A DNA stretch of 64,000 nt from Bacillota bacterium (lineage in GTDB: Bacteria > Bacillota > Ch66 > Ch109), in assembly GCA_050952625.1 (NCBI GenBank), contig JBMNLH010000004.1:1-64000 (forward strand), given 5' to 3'. The notes beneath the pieces were generated by a model. It worked only from the letters and a program-made list of their open reading frames with translations, did no database searches and was not told where the DNA came from. This document shows, in pieces, positions 40,162 to 50,059 of this stretch. Made by a program: the position numbers and the translations under genes. The first letter of the stretch is position 1. Each line of letters opens with the position of its first letter.

Positions 40162-40294
40162 AGCTGCCCTTATATACCAGTATTCGTTTGTCGCGATGCT
40201 GTCAATACATGATATTTCTGGATGAATTGAAAGAACTTACCGAATTGATTTTAGGATTAACCGAGATAGTTAACCTGTCCCGGCGTCCCACATA

Positions 40295-40367
40295 AGGTTT
40301 AGTTTAGGTTTAGTTTAGGTTTAGTTTAGGTTTAGTTTAGGTTTAGTTAGGTTTAGTTAGGTTTAGT
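40295..40367. repeat. Tandem repeat (AGGTTTAGTT[T]) x~7 abutting the vanZ stop codon
   Basis: Read directly from the sequence. Confidence 0.9.
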
Positions 40368-41016
40368 TTTTTCCTTCATTGTCCCCTTTGTTGTCCCTTT
40401 TGTTAATTAAAGTATGGCTTGTTTTTGCCCTTCCCCCGTTGCGAATTGACTTGATCCCGCCAGTTAACATCTCGCTAAGCCAGCTTATATTTCGGACCAA
40501 AAAAACTAAGCCCAACGCTCCGATAACCCCGGCTGCGTCAACCGCAATGTCCTGAACGGTCCCGCTACGTCCCCGAAGCAGGGTCTGATGACTCTCGTCG
40601 GCTATCGCGGCCAGCAGGCCCAGAGAAAGGGTCCAAGCGTAGGGCGAGATTCGGAAATCCCCCCAGGGAATTTGCACTAAAGTACCAAAGATTAATAGGC
40701 CTAAGATTAAGTAAACCGACCAGTGACCGGCCTTACGGACCACAAAATCAAACTTGACTCCTAAATCTGAGGTGCGTGTGCCATAAAAGGCTAACAAACG
40801 ATCAACGGCCGGCATGGCCTTTTTCGCGGCCTGATTGATGCCTTCTTTGACCGCATCTAACCCTCGAATTTCCAGATCACTTTTCTGATAAGCCCGCCGC
40901 AGGTCTTTCAAATCTTTACTAGGTTCGATCACTATCCTGGGCTGCATTGACAGAAACAAGACAACGCCCAACCAGATCAGGGCCATTAATAGTAAGCCAG
41001 TTTTTTTCAACTGCAT
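40363..41016 (-). CDS. VanZ-family membrane protein
   Basis: VRKAGHWSVY, AIADESHQ....GRSG...DIAVD. Start at ATG 41016 after GGGGAG. Confidence 0.88.
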   Translation of the reverse strand: MQLKKTGLLLMALIWLGVVLFLSMQPRIVIEPSKDLKDLRRAYQKSDLEIRGLDAVKEGINQAAKKAMPAVDRLLAFYGTRTSDLGVKFDFVVRKAGHWSVYLILGLLIFGTLVQIPWGDFRISPYAWTLSLGLLAAIADESHQTLLRGRSGTVQDIAVDAAGVIGALGLVFLVRNISWLSEMLTGGIKSIRNGGRAKTSHTLINKRDNKGDNEGKN

Positions 41017-41029
41017 CTCCCCTTTAGAA

Positions 41030-41814
41030 CTACCTTCCCTGCCGCCAGACCCTAAGCACAAACTTCGGCAAGGCCAGCATCCGGCGCCAGCGCCAGGGTT
41101 CTCGAATCAGCCTGCCTAGCCACTCCAACTGCAGCCGGCACATCCAGGCCGGTGCCCGTTGAGCGCGGCCGGAAATGACGTCCAGACTACCGCCTACACC
41201 GACACTCACTGGCACCTTCAGCCTCCCCTGGTCCAACTGCCGACGTATCCAAAACTCCTGTCTGGGGGCTCCTAGGGCGACTAATAAAATATCCGGGTGT
41301 GTCTGATCAATGAGTTCGAGTATTTTCTGTTCCTCAGCTGAATCAAGTTGCCAATAGCCATGGTAGGTGCCGGCTATGAGTAAGCCGCGGGTAGCGTTCG
41401 CTGCAGTTTCTGTCCGGCTTCTTCAGCGACTCCAGGTGCGCCGCCCAGGAGGAACAGCTTCCAGCCGGCTGCTTCGGCGACCGGGGCCAGCGTATTAACC
41501 AGATCAATCCCGGTTACCCGTTCTGGGACGGGTTGCCCCAGGTAACGGCTCGCCCAAACCACGCCCGCTCCATCCGGGGTTACCATGTCAGCGCGATTGA
41601 TTAGTTCAAGAAGGGCTAGATTAAACTGGGCCTGGTACACAATTTCCGCGTTCAGGGTAATAACGTGCCGCGGCTGACCAGTATTCGGGAAGCCATTATT
41701 GAAGCCATTATTAATGAAGCCCCTTATCCGCTCAATCGTTTCCCCCATCGTCAGTCGGTCAATCCGTGCCCCCAGGACGTTTACTTTGGCCTCACCGTCT
41801 GCTTGGGACAGCAA
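41030..41814 (-). CDS. tagA: WecB/TagA/CpsF-family N-acetylmannosaminyltransferase (apparent frameshifts at ~41380-41400; start uncertain)
   Basis: HVITLNAE, TPDGAGVVWAS, ERVTGIDL, then in a shifted frame GTYHGY, PDILLVALGAPRQE, GVGGSLDV, RAPAWM..LEWL. Confidence 0.88.
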
Positions 41815-42019
41815 ACCTGTCCCCGTGTCCCTGCAGCCTACTCCCCCTTTCAAAAAGGGATAGTGCCTTTCCAGAGGAGCTTTGGCCTCGCCTCTTGGCT
41901 GATGATGGTCGAACTTGCCACCAGTTGGGGCAGATTGAGGATAAGGCTTATTTTGATCCATTATTTCTAAGGCTATTTCTGCCCGGGCATCGGCATCGGC
42001 GGTCTGTTTTGTCTTTGGA

Positions 42020-43225
42020 TTAATAATGTCGAGAGCCATTCGCGCATTGGCGCGGGCTAATTCACCCAGGTGTTCTGTTTTTTCGTGCAGCCTGGCTCGG
42101 GCTGCCGGCAGGCTTTGACTGAGAACCGTCAATCCCGGTAATCAGCTGTTGGGCCGTTAAATCTTCGACCTCGCCCAACTGGCTTTTCCCCTAACTGTTC
42201 TAGAAAAGGCGTTGACCTTGGGATCATACGAAATGCCCAGCATAGGGACACCGAGGGCGGCGGCAAAAATCAGGGAGTGCAGCCGCATCCCGACCAGCAA
42301 GTCAATCGCTGGCTAATTCCTGCATCACTCCCTGGACAGACAGACGTTCCTCGATGATCCGGGACGGGAATCTGCATCCTGCTGGCGATGTCCCTGGCCG
42401 CCACTAAATCATCCGGGTAATGCAGCGGGACAAAGACAACCTCCCAGCCCTGTTCGGCTAGATAATCAGCCGCCTCGGCCACGGCAGCTTTAAAGCCGGT
42501 CAGGCCTTGCCAGTTTCTTAAGGCAAAACCGATCCGACGGTAGGGTTTATCTGTTTTGTTCTTGTTCTTAGCTACGGCCTCAACAATTAAATTTTGATTT
42601 ATATTATCATCGGATTCTAAAGCTAAATTGATAACTATATCCTCATTATATTCATTATCTTCATTGGCATCGTTCTTTGAACTGGTCTCGTTTTCCACAA
42701 CCGTTAGACCGGCTGCCCGCATTCCCAGCACTGGGTCTGCGGTAACGTAGACCGGGGGTTTGGTTACTCCCAGGTGCTTTAGTTCGTTTAGTGAATCCTG
42801 GTCTCTAACCGTGATTAACCGTACCCGATTGGCAATCACCCGCGTGAGCCAGCGCGCCCAAGGCCGTCGAATAGGGCCAATCCCCTGGGCGTAAAACATG
42901 ACTGGTTGGCCCAGGATTAGGGCGAGGGTTACTATGCCCAGGTAATACAGGATGCTCCGCCAACTGGTCACATCCTGCAACAGGCTGCCGCCCCCGCTGA
43001 TTAATAGGTCCGCTCGTCTTAAAGTCTGAATAAGACTGATCGGGTTGAATCGACTAACAGCTGCTACCCCGTGCAACTCCTGGGTTCGCTGGGGTGAAGC
43101 GGATAAAACGATTATATTAATGTCTGGGCTAAAGCTCCCGTAAGGCTTCCGGAAATTGCCGCTAACAAGGCTTCATCGCCGGCGTTGTCAAAGCCATAGT
43201 AGCCGGATAGAACTATGGTTTTCAC
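42020..43225 (-). CDS. csaB: Polysaccharide pyruvyl transferase CsaB (several apparent +1 frameshifts)
   Basis: GTG 43225: MKTIVLSGYYGFDNAGDEALL; ISGGGSLLQDVTS, AQGIGP, ITVRD, TADP; GMRLHSLIFA and ISYDPKV in shifted frames. Confidence 0.9.
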
Positions 43226-43368
43226 GGAGTTATCTCCTAATCTGTTATTTTGTCGATATCTGTTTTTTGGTGATCTTCCTTGTATTAGATTTAAGGTTCA
43301 TAAACTAATTATACAGCATATTTCGAATATAATTTTATATTACCAAAAAAATTGCGGCCTATTGGCCG

Positions 43369-43431
43369 CTGTTGAATCTTTTCGATTGACTCTAGTATGT
43401 CATTGAGATATAGGCGTGCATCCCTAGTCAT
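43369..43431 (-). pseudogene. Truncated DUF86/HepT toxin (about the first 21 codons only)
   Basis: MTRDARLYLNDILESIEKIQQ, ATGA-coupled to the MNT gene, then runs into the hairpin gcggcc-aata-ggccgc and a T-run. Confidence 0.7.
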
Positions 43432-43679
43432 ACATAAAGTACCTCCTGTAGAATCTGGTCTTTTATTAAAGGTTTTAAAGCTTCCGGTGTTACTAAATCT
43501 ACCCTTCGACCAAGAATTCCTGCCAGAAAATATTTCAGCCGAATGAAGTGAAATATATCCACGCTGTCGCTAAATTCCACTAGTATATCAATATCACTAG
43601 ATTCATTGGCTTCGCCTCGGGCAAACGAACCAAAAATCCCTAACTGGGAAACTCTATAAGTATCCCGTAATTCTGGCAT
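43428..43679 (-). CDS. MNT nucleotidyltransferase antitoxin (possibly N-terminally truncated)
   Basis: LGIFGSFARGE....SDIDILVEF, LGRRVDLVT..ALKP. An in-frame TGA at 43686-43688 separates it from an upstream ATG at 43751. Confidence 0.85.
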   Translation of the reverse strand: MPELRDTYRVSQLGIFGSFARGEANESSDIDILVEFSDSVDIFHFIRLKYFLAGILGRRVDLVTPEALKPLIKDQILQEVLYV

Positions 43680-43751
43680 ATGCTCTCAGATGCACTCCTC
43701 CGGGTTATAAATATTAACAACCTTATGATTTTCAGGGTTTAAATCGCTCAT

Positions 43752-44312
43752 CTAACCAACCAAGATCTTTTTTAGCCGATTGATGTCGAGCTCTGCGTTC
43801 ATCTGCCGATTAGCCAAGTATTCCACGTCACTCTTAAAATCTTTGAACCCTTGCTCCACCCGTTCAGTTAAATTCGCGAGATTAGACTCGATTCGGTCAG
43901 TCCGCATCCTTAGTTCTTCGACAATCGAGTTCGTATTACCGACAATCCGAATCAGTTCCGTAACCATATGTTCATTGTGGTCAAAGCGGCTGTCCATCCG
44001 ATCCAGTCTGACTTCTACCTGGTCCAGTCTGGTTTCCACCTGGTCTAGTCTGGTTTCCACCTGGTCTAGTCTAGTTTCAATCTTGTCTAGTCTGACTTCC
44101 ACCTGGTCTAGTCTGGTTTCTAACCGATCTAGTCTGGTCTCTACCTGGTCCAGTCTGGTTTCTAACCGGTCTAGTCTGGTTTCTACCTGGTCCAGTCTGG
44201 TTTCTACCTGGTCCAGTCTGGTTTCTAACCGGTCAAATCTGGCATCCATCTGGTCCAAACGAGTATTAACGCCTGTAAGCTGCTCCAGGATTAAATCTAA
44301 TTTCCGGTCCAT
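43752..44312 (-). CDS. Heptad-repeat coiled-coil protein ((LDQVETR)n)
   Basis: About 11 tandem 21-bp repeats at ~44002-44240. Start at ATG 44312 after GGGGAGG. Confidence 0.8.
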   Translation of the reverse strand: MDRKLDLILEQLTGVNTRLDQMDARFDRLETRLDQVETRLDQVETRLDRLETRLDQVETRLDRLETRLDQVEVRLDKIETRLDQVETRLDQVETRLDQVEVRLDRMDSRFDHNEHMVTELIRIVGNTNSIVEELRMRTDRIESNLANLTERVEQGFKDFKSDVEYLANRQMNAELDINRLKKILVG

Positions 44313-44446
44313 AATCAGCCTCCCCACCGAAGCGTTATATATGATTTCATCATACCATAGTCTGCCATTAATAGAAACCTTAAAAATCACGCTTTCTCCA
44401 AGCTGCCTTCCTGCTTCAATCTTCAATGTTAAACTAATAATCTTCC

Positions 44447-45460
44447 TTATTTCTTCCCCTGGATCAAGGCCACCAGCTCTCGCATTTCATCATCCTTGGC
44501 CACCCAGTAACTCAGGCCATTGATGGTCTGCGGCCGACCGGGGAGCATGTGTGTTTGAAACTGGTCCGGGCCGGCCCCTTTTAGGGCATTGGCCACCCGC
44601 AGCGTCCCAGAAACAGGCATATTGGTCTCCACACAATCCGTTAAGTCGCCAATTAATTGAGGGGATTTCAACAGGTTATCCAGGGTTAAAAACTGCTCTT
44701 TAGCGGCTTCAAAAAAGTGCTGTTGCCGCTCGATTCGGCCAATATCTCCCCGTCCATCGGAACGAAATCGGACATAGGCCAAGGCATCGTGTCCGTCCAG
44801 TTTTTGAAGGCCTGGTTTCAGGTTTATCCCTTCTTCAGGATAGTGCATCCGCTTTTCAACATCTAGAGAAACTCCGCCAAGACGGTCAATCAGCCGCTCA
44901 AACCCCTTGAAGTCGGTCTCTATGTAGTAATCAACCGGGGTATCCAGTAGATTTTCCACGGTTTTTTCCAGCAACGGTACCCCCCCGTAGGCGTAGGCAT
45001 GATTTATTTTCTGTTTGCCATGACCGTCAATACTGGCCCGAGTGTCCCGCGGGATCGATAGCAAATGGATGTCATTATTGCGGAAATTGATGCTGGCCAG
45101 GACGATGGTGTCTGATCTTCCCCGTTCATTGGCTCGGTTGTCGGTCCCGACCAATAGAATGTTAACCTGATTCTTTCCTTCCAAGCCAGTCACCAGTGAC
45201 ACCATGCTGGGGGCACCAAAACGGCTGGCTGCCCACTCATAGCCGCCTATCAAGCTCGCCAGCATTATTAGGATAAGGGCAACCCGCCATAAGGGAGAGC
45301 TTTTCTGCTTCCACTTTTTCCGCTTCCGATCCATCCGACTGGGGTAGGGTGGGTGATAAGTAGTGTTCAGTGCCGCCAACCCTGATTCGGCAGCCCTGGA
45401 GCGGCCTGGGTTTCGTCGTTTTTTATCCTGGTCGTTGTCTTTTTGGAACATAAAACTCAC
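44447..45460 (-). CDS. Second LCP-family protein
   Basis: NILLVGTD, GRSDTI, SIPRDT, KINHAY, DFKGF..LIDRLGGV, YVRFR..GDIGRIERQ. Confidence 0.95.
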   Translation of the reverse strand: MSFMFQKDNDQDKKRRNPGRSRAAESGLAALNTTYHPPYPSRMDRKRKKWKQKSSPLWRVALILIMLASLIGGYEWAASRFGAPSMVSLVTGLEGKNQVNILLVGTDNRANERGRSDTIVLASINFRNNDIHLLSIPRDTRASIDGHGKQKINHAYAYGGVPLLEKTVENLLDTPVDYYIETDFKGFERLIDRLGGVSLDVEKRMHYPEEGINLKPGLQKLDGHDALAYVRFRSDGRGDIGRIERQQHFFEAAKEQFLTLDNLLKSPQLIGDLTDCVETNMPVSGTLRVANALKGAGPDQFQTHMLPGRPQTINGLSYWVAKDDEMRELVALIQGKK

Positions 45461-46202
45461 CTCATATTTGGGACATGGGGACAGGTTTACTGTCCCGGAA
45501 GTAGGGCACCCGATATAAGCAATAAAATTAGAGTTAGTAAGTCATCTTTCTAAGCAACTATTTCGACAAGTTTTGCCAATTACCTGCCCCTTAGATAAAA
45601 TATGCGCGTTGAAGTATTGCCTATGTTGCGCTAGCTCCGTACCGCAAGCTCCGAACCGCAAAAAACTTCAGAATACTTGTTTAAGATAATTTTGGTGTTA
45701 CAAATTATATAACTAAGACCCTCAAAATCCGAATAACTAATTCGTATCTTTAAAAGATGGAACGTTACATAGTATAACGCTGGATCTGGTTCGCGGGGAA
45801 CAGACTCAGCGAAGAAAAAGCTGGTAAAGCCTTATATAGTCTAAGTTAAGCCGAGTTGGGGTTAAGATGAGATGGTTGGGATGAGATGGTCAGGATATTG
45901 ATAATAAAGTCGGGATAATATAAATGGTCATGAGGTTGATTATCGTCGTGTTGGTAACCTATAGCTTAATTCGCGGTGGTTGGGATTAGATAAAAGGTCT
46001 AGAGGGGCAAAGAGTTAAAGAAGGCAAGGGAACTGTTCCTTGGCTTCCGAGCTCGAACAGGGTGAAGCACGGGCTGGCAAAGACGAGGCAAGGACAGGCA
46101 AGACGTTGGCTATCGAACAAAAATGTGAGGAGTTAAAGATTTAACCCTAAAGATTTAACCGTTCACGGCTTCGTTTAGCTATCAGGCTTGATTAAATAAT
46201 TG

Positions 46203-46380
46203 ATTAATGAAAATAGCTTGACATATGTCATCCTGAGCGTTAGCGTAGGAGGATCTTGCTTTTTAGCAGGGGAAGGATTCTTCGCTTCGCTCAAAATATT
46301 ATGATATCGTGCGCTGACCGCACCACGATAGATAATAAATGAATAAGATAAACGAATAAATGGTTATATTCATAGCAATG
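46203..46380 (+). repeat. REP-like family B element
   Basis: TGTCATCCTGAGCGTTAGCG..GGATCT..GGATTCTTCGCTTCGCTCA..GACCGCACCACGATA..TTCATAGCAATG. Confidence 0.75.
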
Positions 46381-46546
46381 CAAGCCGAAGTTAGGTCTTT
46401 GTTGTAGCCAGGTTTCGGCTAGGCATCGGTCATGTATCGGCCAAGGGAACCGTCCCCGCGGCAGGATTGAGGTTTCAGCCAGATATCGTCAGGTATCGGC
46501 CAAGTTTCAACCAGGTCGCCAACCAAGAGAACCGTCCCCGTGGCGG

Positions 46547-47392
46547 TTAGGCGCGGCCAACTTCGTTTACGGCTTTGTCCAGGGTGGCGTCGTAGGCTTG
46601 GACTACTTTTTGGTTGGCCTCGTATGCGCGGAAGGCTTCAATAAGACTGACCATTTCCTGGATTGGGTTGACGTTGGACTTTTCTAAAAAGCCAACCCGG
46701 ATTTCTGGTTGCGGCAGGTCTTCTGGGACAAGTTCGCCTTCGCCCAGGTTAAACAGGCTGTCGCCTTGTTTGCGCAGCTGGGTATAGTCGGCAAAAGTCA
46801 CCACCCGAAGACGGTCAAAGTACTCCCCGTTAATGAAAATCTCGCCGGTTTCACAAATTTCCAGCATGTCCTCCGACTCAAACGCTGGATCAAGAACGAC
46901 GGGGCCAGACTCGGCCAGGACCGGGAACCCCTCTCCATTTACTAAAACGCCGGCCGGGTTTAAAGTGAAAGAACCGTTGCGGGTATACCGTTCTCCGGCC
47001 GGGGTCTCAAGCACAAACATCCCTTCCCCGGCCAGGGCTAGATCAAATTTATGGCCGGTGAATTGAAAGGTGCCATTTTCCTGCCAGGTGCGAACCTCGT
47101 CAACAACGGCCCCCGTATTGAGGGTGCCAACCACGGGGGGAGCCCCCGCTAACATAGCCCTTAAGGCGTCAGCCGCGGTATTGTCGCTGTTCAAATTGGC
47201 GATGGCCGCCATTACGCCCTGGTCACTCTGGTCGTTAATTCGGTACAGCAGTTGTTCAGGAAAACTACGGTAGGCGATATTATCCTTTTTAAACCCAGTC
47301 GTATTAACGTTAGCAAGGTTATTCGCAATTACATCGTTCCGTGCTGCCTGGGCCATCATCCCGCAACCGGCTGTGTATAATCCCCTTAACAT
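46547..47392 (-). CDS. flgF: Flagellar basal-body rod protein FlgF/FlgG (FlhO-like)
   Basis: MLRGLYTA, IANNLANVNTTGFK, YTRNGSF, LEKSNVN, RAYEANQK; located after mbl as for B. subtilis flhO. Confidence 0.88.
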   Translation of the reverse strand: MLRGLYTAGCGMMAQAARNDVIANNLANVNTTGFKKDNIAYRSFPEQLLYRINDQSDQGVMAAIANLNSDNTAADALRAMLAGAPPVVGTLNTGAVVDEVRTWQENGTFQFTGHKFDLALAGEGMFVLETPAGERYTRNGSFTLNPAGVLVNGEGFPVLAESGPVVLDPAFESEDMLEICETGEIFINGEYFDRLRVVTFADYTQLRKQGDSLFNLGEGELVPEDLPQPEIRVGFLEKSNVNPIQEMVSLIEAFRAYEANQKVVQAYDATLDKAVNEVGRA

Positions 47393-47405
47393 ACGCTCAC
47401 CTCAA

Positions 47406-48437
47406 TTAGGCACCAAATCCATTGGAAACGGATTTAATTCCGGGCATTAGATTCATCGACCCCAGAGCAACGCCGGTGCCGATAGCCACACAGGAAACAG
47501 GATCGTCAGCTATGTGAATGCTCAATTTAGTTTCCTGAGAGAGCAGGGTATCCAGTCCGTCTAATAAAGACCCGCCGCCGGTCATGACGATACCTTGGTT
47601 TATGATATCGGCCGCCAGTTCCGGCGGGGTTTTTTCCAAAACTTCCTTAACAGCCATAACCACTGATTCTACTGGTTCTTGGAGGGCAACGTAGCTTTCC
47701 CGCGCCTTAATAGTAATTACCTTAGGCAGGCCGCTGACTAGGTCCCGGCCTCGAATATCGAGGGACTCGTCCTCTTTGCGCCCGCGCGGATAAGCGGTGC
47801 CGATTTTAATTTTAATATCCTCGGCGGTACGTTCTCCGATCATCAGGTTATACTCCCGCCGAATATAACGAATGATGGCTTCATCAAAGTGGTCACCACC
47901 AATGCGCAGCGATTTATTACACACAATGCCACCCAGGGACAAGACCGCGATATCCGTGGTCCCGCCTCCGATATCAACAACCATATTGCCGGTTGCTTCT
48001 GAAATATTAATCCCGGCTCCTAGGGCGGCAGCTAGCGGCTCCTCGACCAACCAAGCGCGGCGCGCCCCAGCTTGTAAGGCGGCCTGGAGAACTGCCCGTT
48101 CCTCGACGCTGGTAACCCCCGTAGGAATACATACTAGGACCCGAGGTTTAAAAAACATCCGTTTGCCACAGGCTTTTTGAATAAAATACCGCAGCATTCG
48201 CTCGGTTACATGGTAATCAGCAATTACTCCATTGCGCATTGGACGGATTGCTATAATGTTACCAGGGGTTTTCCCCAGCATCCTGCGGGCCTCTTCCCCT
48301 ACGGCAATTACTTTCTCGCTATTTTTTTCAATTGCTACCACTGATGGTTCATTTAAGACAACGCCTTTGCCTTTAATGTAAACCAAGACGCTAGCTGTTC
48401 CTAGGTCAATCCCTATGTCTTCCCCGAAGTTTACCAT
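47406..48437 (-). CDS. mbl: MreB-like rod-shape protein Mbl
   Basis: GIDLGTA, EPSVVA, VDIGGGTTD, IGERTAE, TPPELAADI; located after spoIIID. Confidence 0.95.
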   Translation of the reverse strand: MVNFGEDIGIDLGTASVLVYIKGKGVVLNEPSVVAIEKNSEKVIAVGEEARRMLGKTPGNIIAIRPMRNGVIADYHVTERMLRYFIQKACGKRMFFKPRVLVCIPTGVTSVEERAVLQAALQAGARRAWLVEEPLAAALGAGINISEATGNMVVDIGGGTTDIAVLSLGGIVCNKSLRIGGDHFDEAIIRYIRREYNLMIGERTAEDIKIKIGTAYPRGRKEDESLDIRGRDLVSGLPKVITIKARESYVALQEPVESVVMAVKEVLEKTPPELAADIINQGIVMTGGGSLLDGLDTLLSQETKLSIHIADDPVSCVAIGTGVALGSMNLMPGIKSVSNGFGA

Positions 48438-48495
48438 TAATTATTTCTCCCTTATTGTGGTCATTGGTTAAAAAGCATAATTTAACCAATGTATT

Positions 48496-48520
48496 ATTCT
48501 ACATATATACCGGAAATCCT
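48496..48520 (-). promoter_or_regulatory. Sigma-H-like promoter upstream of mbl
   Basis: AGGA-N17-GAAT. Confidence 0.55.
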
Positions 48521-48544
48521 CTTCTTTTTTGCATTTCTTTTTAA

Positions 48545-48796
48545 TTATTCATTGCTTCGATACTTTCGCCGGGTAGCTTCGCCACCTCGAATATGCCGTT
48601 CGGCCTTATTATGTTCTAAAATCAGCCGTACTTGGTAAGCTAACTCAGGGTTAATCCGGGGCAGACGTTCAGTGACATCTTTATGCACAGTACTCTTGCT
48701 TACACCGAATAAATCGGCGGTTTGACGAACGGTCGCGGTTGTTTCGAGGATATAATTACCTAATTCCAAAACCCGATCCCGAATGTAGTCTTGCAT
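48545..48796 (-). CDS. spoIIID: Sporulation transcription regulator SpoIIID
   Basis: MQDYIRDRV..ATVRQTA..FGVSKSTVHKDVTERL..NKAERHIRGGEATRRKY; GGAGGAGG RBS. Confidence 0.97.
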   Translation of the reverse strand: MQDYIRDRVLELGNYILETTATVRQTADLFGVSKSTVHKDVTERLPRINPELAYQVRLILEHNKAERHIRGGEATRRKYRSNE

Positions 48797-48894
48797 TTCA
48801 GTAGCCTCCTCCATGGCGTACGCCGAGTAGGTGGTGCTAATTTTTATAATCTATATATATGTATATGGAGGAGGAATGAGTACCGGGTTTAAAT

Positions 48895-49989
48895 TTAATG
48901 GCCAATCTGTCTGATTTCCACCCCTTGATAATAGTATTGAATTATTTCTTCGTGGTTTTTGCCTGCTTTGGCTTGCCCTTCTGCTCCATACTGACAAAGC
49001 CCAACTCCATGTCCATAGCCACGGGTAGTGAAAGTTACCTTTTCTGAATCGGTTACCCAGGATAATTGGGTTGAATTCAGATTTAAGCGATTACGAAATT
49101 CGGTTGCTGATATAACATGTGATCCCACCTGAATTGTTTTCAGACGACCAGTAGGACTTTGGGCTTCTGCCTGGATTAGAGTGCTATGTTTTGTGCTTTT
49201 ATTAGTATTGCCCGCTGCCGGTAAAATAATTGGAAATTGCAAACGTTCTTCAACCTCGGCCCAGGTAAGGGTTAGCTGTTCCTCATACCGCGGTGCCGTT
49301 TGATCCCATTTGCAAGGAACACTGCGCAGATAGGGAATGGACTTTGCCCAGACATCTTCGGAATTTTCAGTCCGGCCGCCGCAGGTGGAGTGATAGACTG
49401 GATCAATCAATTTGTCTTCATAGGTGATAATTTTATTTTTGGTGGATTCAACTGCCGCAATTATTTTTTTGTAATACATGGGAAACTTGATGAGTCCCCA
49501 TTGCCGACGCAATTCAGCTTCGCTTTTCCAGGCCTGGCAGTGTCGAGAATCAGTGCAGATGTCCGCCTCTGGATGATCAGGATTGGGAGATGCGGTATAC
49601 ATGTCTAATCTTTTCAAGACGTAAGTCCGTGCGACGATGGCCTGTACTTTGAGAGCTTCCGGCTCAAAGGTAGCCGGCATTTCAGCGGCGACCACTCCTA
49701 CTAGATAAGTTTCCAGCGGCAGGGTCATCACGGTGTTAGTTTGATGATTCAGGACCGCGACAGTGGTGCCGCTTGTCTGGATGTGCGTCTGGTTTGGATT
49801 AACTGGATTCCAGTTTTGGGCAACAAGGGCTGGTAAAACCAATAGTAAAAAGCATACTATTCCCGTAATTAAGACAGCTTTTGCCTTTAAGTTTAACCGA
49901 TGCTTTTTTCGGCTGTTTCTACGTTTTATTATGCTGTTTATTAGATGACGATAGATAAATTTGCGTGATTTAGGGCTTGGTTTAACCAT
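48895..49989 (-). CDS. spoIID: Stage II sporulation protein D (lytic transglycosylase)
   Basis: LETYLVGVVAAEMPATF.PEALK.QA..ARTY, ICTDSRHCQAW, GYGHGVGLCQYGA. Confidence 0.96.
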   Translation of the reverse strand: MVKPSPKSRKFIYRHLINSIIKRRNSRKKHRLNLKAKAVLITGIVCFLLLVLPALVAQNWNPVNPNQTHIQTSGTTVAVLNHQTNTVMTLPLETYLVGVVAAEMPATFEPEALKVQAIVARTYVLKRLDMYTASPNPDHPEADICTDSRHCQAWKSEAELRRQWGLIKFPMYYKKIIAAVESTKNKIITYEDKLIDPVYHSTCGGRTENSEDVWAKSIPYLRSVPCKWDQTAPRYEEQLTLTWAEVEERLQFPIILPAAGNTNKSTKHSTLIQAEAQSPTGRLKTIQVGSHVISATEFRNRLNLNSTQLSWVTDSEKVTFTTRGYGHGVGLCQYGAEGQAKAGKNHEEIIQYYYQGVEIRQIGH

Positions 49990-50030
49990 GGCCCTCCCCC
50001 CTTAAATAGGATAATTAAAAATTGTTATTA

Positions 50031-50059
50031 ATAATATGTCTGTTTTTACCAAATTAGAA
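50031..50059 (-). promoter_or_regulatory. Mother-cell sigma-E promoter of spoIID
   Basis: TTCTAAT-N14-CATATTAT; spoIID is sigma-E dependent in characterised sporeformers. Confidence 0.65.

Noticed and set aside
40295-40367. Telomere-like TTTAGG repeats
   Set aside because: An 11/10-bp slippage expansion seeded at the vanZ stop codon; internal location and only GG runs.
43686-43688. In-frame TGA as selenocysteine in the MNT gene
   Set aside because: MNT antitoxins have no Cys at this position and no SECIS-like hairpin was evident; a nonsense mutation, small deletion or downstream start is simpler.
43780-44523. 247-aa antisense ORF and the many other overlapping shadow ORFs in the track
   Set aside because: They are reverse-frame by-products of repeats or GC-rich coding genes, with no RBS or recognisable motifs.
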